40,604 bases of DNA from a virus (taxonomy: Duplodnaviria > Heunggongvirae > Uroviricota > Caudoviricetes), in IMG/VR virus record IMGVR_UViG_2778261089_000001, positions 1-40,604 of that record; one strand, given 5' to 3'. A program made the translations under genes and the position numbers. Below are positions 38,240-40,604 of the stretch, piece by piece (position 1 is the first letter of the stretch; every line of letters starts with the position of its first letter). The notes beneath the pieces are model-generated. The model was not told the origin of the DNA and made no database searches. It saw only the letters and a program-made list of their open reading frames with translations.

Positions 38240-40543
38240 CTATTTTAAATCAGCCTTTGCGGCTCGAATATCTGCGTTTTTTGCTGAGTATTCCCATTCG
38301 TCAGCGATTCTAAATAGCATTGCAGAAGTACGGACGCAGTGGGGCATTGAATTTGCCCATTCTCGGTACTGCTCAGCTAATATCCTTTCTTGGTTTCCAC
38401 CTTCGTAACGCATACGAGCAAATACCCCCCTTTTATTGTACCTACCAATTTGTATACCTTGCTCTAACTCATCAGAAGATAATATTTCAATGATGTGCCG
38501 AATTGCTTCATGTGGCCAGGAATTATCTACTGAGCTATTAGGGGCATGTGCCAGAATTTTTCCTATTACATGATCAGTGATTTCTTGGCGATGATGCAAT
38601 TTTGCTAAATGGCGTACATTCTCACACCAATCTTCAAGTTTATCTTGATCAATTTCATTGTCTATCTGCCCTGGTAGTATTCGTAATTTTTCAAGTAATC
38701 TGTATATAGAAGTAGCTCTTTTAACTTCCAACTCCGATGGTTCTGTTTGTTCATCTTCGTCACTACGATATACAATACATATTGCTTCTATAAAAACCTC
38801 TGGCTTTTTCATCATTAGACGATGCAGGATAAGTGGCTCATCGCTATCCGGAAAACAAGGCAAGTAGGTCATTTCTTTAAATGCCAAATCTGTTTCAGAA
38901 ACATCGTTACGTTGTTTGAGTTCATCAAAAACTTTTTTTACATAGTACGATAGCATTGTATCAAATTGGATATCCTGGCTATTTATTTCTTTAACGACTA
39001 TATCTAGAAGATATAAAAGTGTTGTAGATGGAATCTCAGAAAGGCGTTGATTTGCTGATATAATAGCAGCAAGACCCCGGCCCCTTTCTATATATTTATC
39101 CATAAGAACAAATAAATCCGAAGTTTTACCCATCATTGCAATGGGTTGTTTTTGCAACCAATATTTTTCGTTGATGTTATCTTCAAACCCTTCAATAATG
39201 CTCCATATCTCTTGTGAGTCTCTTAACGATGCTAAGATTTTCCCAGCCCTATCAGGGGTAATTTTAAACTGTTTAAAATACACTTTTATTTTATTAAGCC
39301 ATTCAGCACCAAAGCATTCAACACCATATTGCATTAACAACCCACAAACTTCATCAATATTTTTTTTGTTGTTAATAAGCATTACAAACAAATCATTTAA
39401 TTTTTCTTCATCCAACGAGAGTGCTGATATATGCCTTGCTGCAATAAAAACATTATTAACTTGTTGAAAAAGGTCTTTCACCCCAGACAAACCTAAAGTA
39501 AAGTATATTTCCCTAAGTTTTTCACTTCGCATTTCTTCGACAGAAGAAAAAATTCCGCCAGCATTTTCAATTGACTCTTCAATATCAGAATCCCAATCAT
39601 TGAAAATCCATAAACTGGCTCTAACCATGTCAATTGGTTTATAATTATCAAGTATTTTCGCTATTTTTTCCATAGACTCAAATTTAAATGCCCAGTTCGC
39701 ATCTGAATATTTTTTATGGCGAGAATACTCATGACGCAAAGCCTCCCATACGATGAACTGATCCTCTTCAGTTTGTTGAGAAAGGCAAAGTTCAAGATGA
39801 GAAAGTGTTTCATCTATTGCATTCTCAGGGAATGAGCTTAAATGAGAGATTAGGATTTCCCATCTTGTTGGGAGTATACCTGCAAGTTTAATTGCTTCTT
39901 GGATAATAAAGATTTGCCCCTCCCAAACAACGCCCCACGTTAGTTTTTCTACATCTTTATCCGACTCTCTGAACTTCATTTTTTGGTTTTGATCAGAGGT
40001 ATCATGGGAGCGAGGAAGGAGATTTTGTAACAAACTCCACCCAATACTAGGAACAATAGTGATAATTTTTTTTATAATTGCATTTCTAACTTTTACTGGT
40101 GCCCATGTATTAGGAGACCATGCCAGAAAAATGGTTCTTAAACTATTAAGAGGGCGATCTGAGTAAGTTCCTCCGGGATCTATTACAGCGAGTTTTGCAA
40201 GACAGATTGCAGCGCGTAATAGATATGTTTGTTCCCAAGCCAAGGCTTCCAATGCCCATTTTAATCCATGATAATGACTTCGAGGAGTTAACAGCCCTTT
40301 ATCTTCATTGAATATTGGAGCAATCATTTCCCCATTGCCCTTAAGCAATTGCTCAAGGGCATCAAGGAAAGGGCCAGGGGCAGCTTCTGCCAGCAGCGGA
40401 AGTTGATCTCGCAAACTAACAAATAGTCGATGGTCGTTAGCAAGTCCCGGAATACTCTGAACTATTTTGTTAACAAAATCTTGGGGTGTCATACCAGTAA
40501 CCCGGAATTCGGCCTGTTCATGTAATATGATCTTACCCAGCAA
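38240..40543 (-). CDS. Large hypothetical protein (767 aa), AT-rich island cargo
   Basis: Long uninterrupted ORF in low-GC DNA; helix-rich composition, no recognised motif. Confidence 0.6.
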   Translation of the reverse strand: MLGKIILHEQAEFRVTGMTPQDFVNKIVQSIPGLANDHRLFVSLRDQLPLLAEAAPGPFLDALEQLLKGNGEMIAPIFNEDKGLLTPRSHYHGLKWALEALAWEQTYLLRAAICLAKLAVIDPGGTYSDRPLNSLRTIFLAWSPNTWAPVKVRNAIIKKIITIVPSIGWSLLQNLLPRSHDTSDQNQKMKFRESDKDVEKLTWGVVWEGQIFIIQEAIKLAGILPTRWEILISHLSSFPENAIDETLSHLELCLSQQTEEDQFIVWEALRHEYSRHKKYSDANWAFKFESMEKIAKILDNYKPIDMVRASLWIFNDWDSDIEESIENAGGIFSSVEEMRSEKLREIYFTLGLSGVKDLFQQVNNVFIAARHISALSLDEEKLNDLFVMLINNKKNIDEVCGLLMQYGVECFGAEWLNKIKVYFKQFKITPDRAGKILASLRDSQEIWSIIEGFEDNINEKYWLQKQPIAMMGKTSDLFVLMDKYIERGRGLAAIISANQRLSEIPSTTLLYLLDIVVKEINSQDIQFDTMLSYYVKKVFDELKQRNDVSETDLAFKEMTYLPCFPDSDEPLILHRLMMKKPEVFIEAICIVYRSDEDEQTEPSELEVKRATSIYRLLEKLRILPGQIDNEIDQDKLEDWCENVRHLAKLHHRQEITDHVIGKILAHAPNSSVDNSWPHEAIRHIIEILSSDELEQGIQIGRYNKRGVFARMRYEGGNQERILAEQYREWANSMPHCVRTSAMLFRIADEWEYSAKNADIRAAKADLK

Positions 40544-40604
40544 TAGTGGACACGCGGCTAAGTGAGTAAACTCTCAGTCAGAGGTGACTCACATGACAAA
40601 AACA

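Larger units (their letters stand above)
36655..40604. mobile_element. Second integrative island (IntA/P4-type integrase at ssrA), right end outside window
   Basis: Integrase begins ~205 bp after ssrA 3' end; followed by AT-rich cargo. Confidence 0.65.

Noticed and set aside
38208-38408. 66-aa plus-strand ORF overlapping the 3' end of the 767-aa gene
   Set aside because: Antisense overlap with the end of a long ORF and the terminator hairpin; no RBS
40593-40604. Possible start of a plus-strand gene (GAGGTG...ATGACAAAAACA) at the window end
   Set aside because: Only four codons visible; cannot be evaluated

Overview
Almost the whole window is one temperate-phage genome (prophage) of mosaic type, followed by the start of a second integrase-bearing island. 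All calls are from reading the sequence and ORF translations; no database search was run. From the left: (i) a Mu-like contractile-tail module on the minus strand (sheath, tube, frameshifted chaperone, tape measure, N/P/Q/gp46/gp47/gp48-like baseplate proteins) ending in an invertible tail-fibre cassette with two convergent fibre-tip/assembly gene pairs and a hix/gix-type crossover site; the window begins exactly at the centre of the second crossover site. (ii) An HK97-like head and packaging module (capsid, protease, portal, TerL, TerS, HNH). (iii) A lambda-like lysis cassette (holin, R-like endolysin, Rz/Rz1). (iv) A lambdoid early region (Q, DUF968-like, KilA-N, RusA, LexA-like, phage Dam, O-like initiator with internal iterons, CII-like, cro, divergent cI). 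(v) xis/int followed by cargo (OLD-like ABC ATPase plus D12 adenine methyltransferase) abutting a 3'-end fragment of ssrA (tmRNA) that marks the attachment site. (vi) A second IntA/P4-type integrase and a 767-aa AT-rich orphan ORF. The most interesting candidates are three AT-rich cargo loci: a two-gene cassette (4-TM protein plus 294-aa protein) between Q and the lysis genes that resembles a Kiwa-like membrane defence pair, the ATPase/methyltransferase pair between int and att, and single orphan ORFs at 19503-20009 and 38240-40543. A GC-rich structured non-coding element lies downstream of cI.
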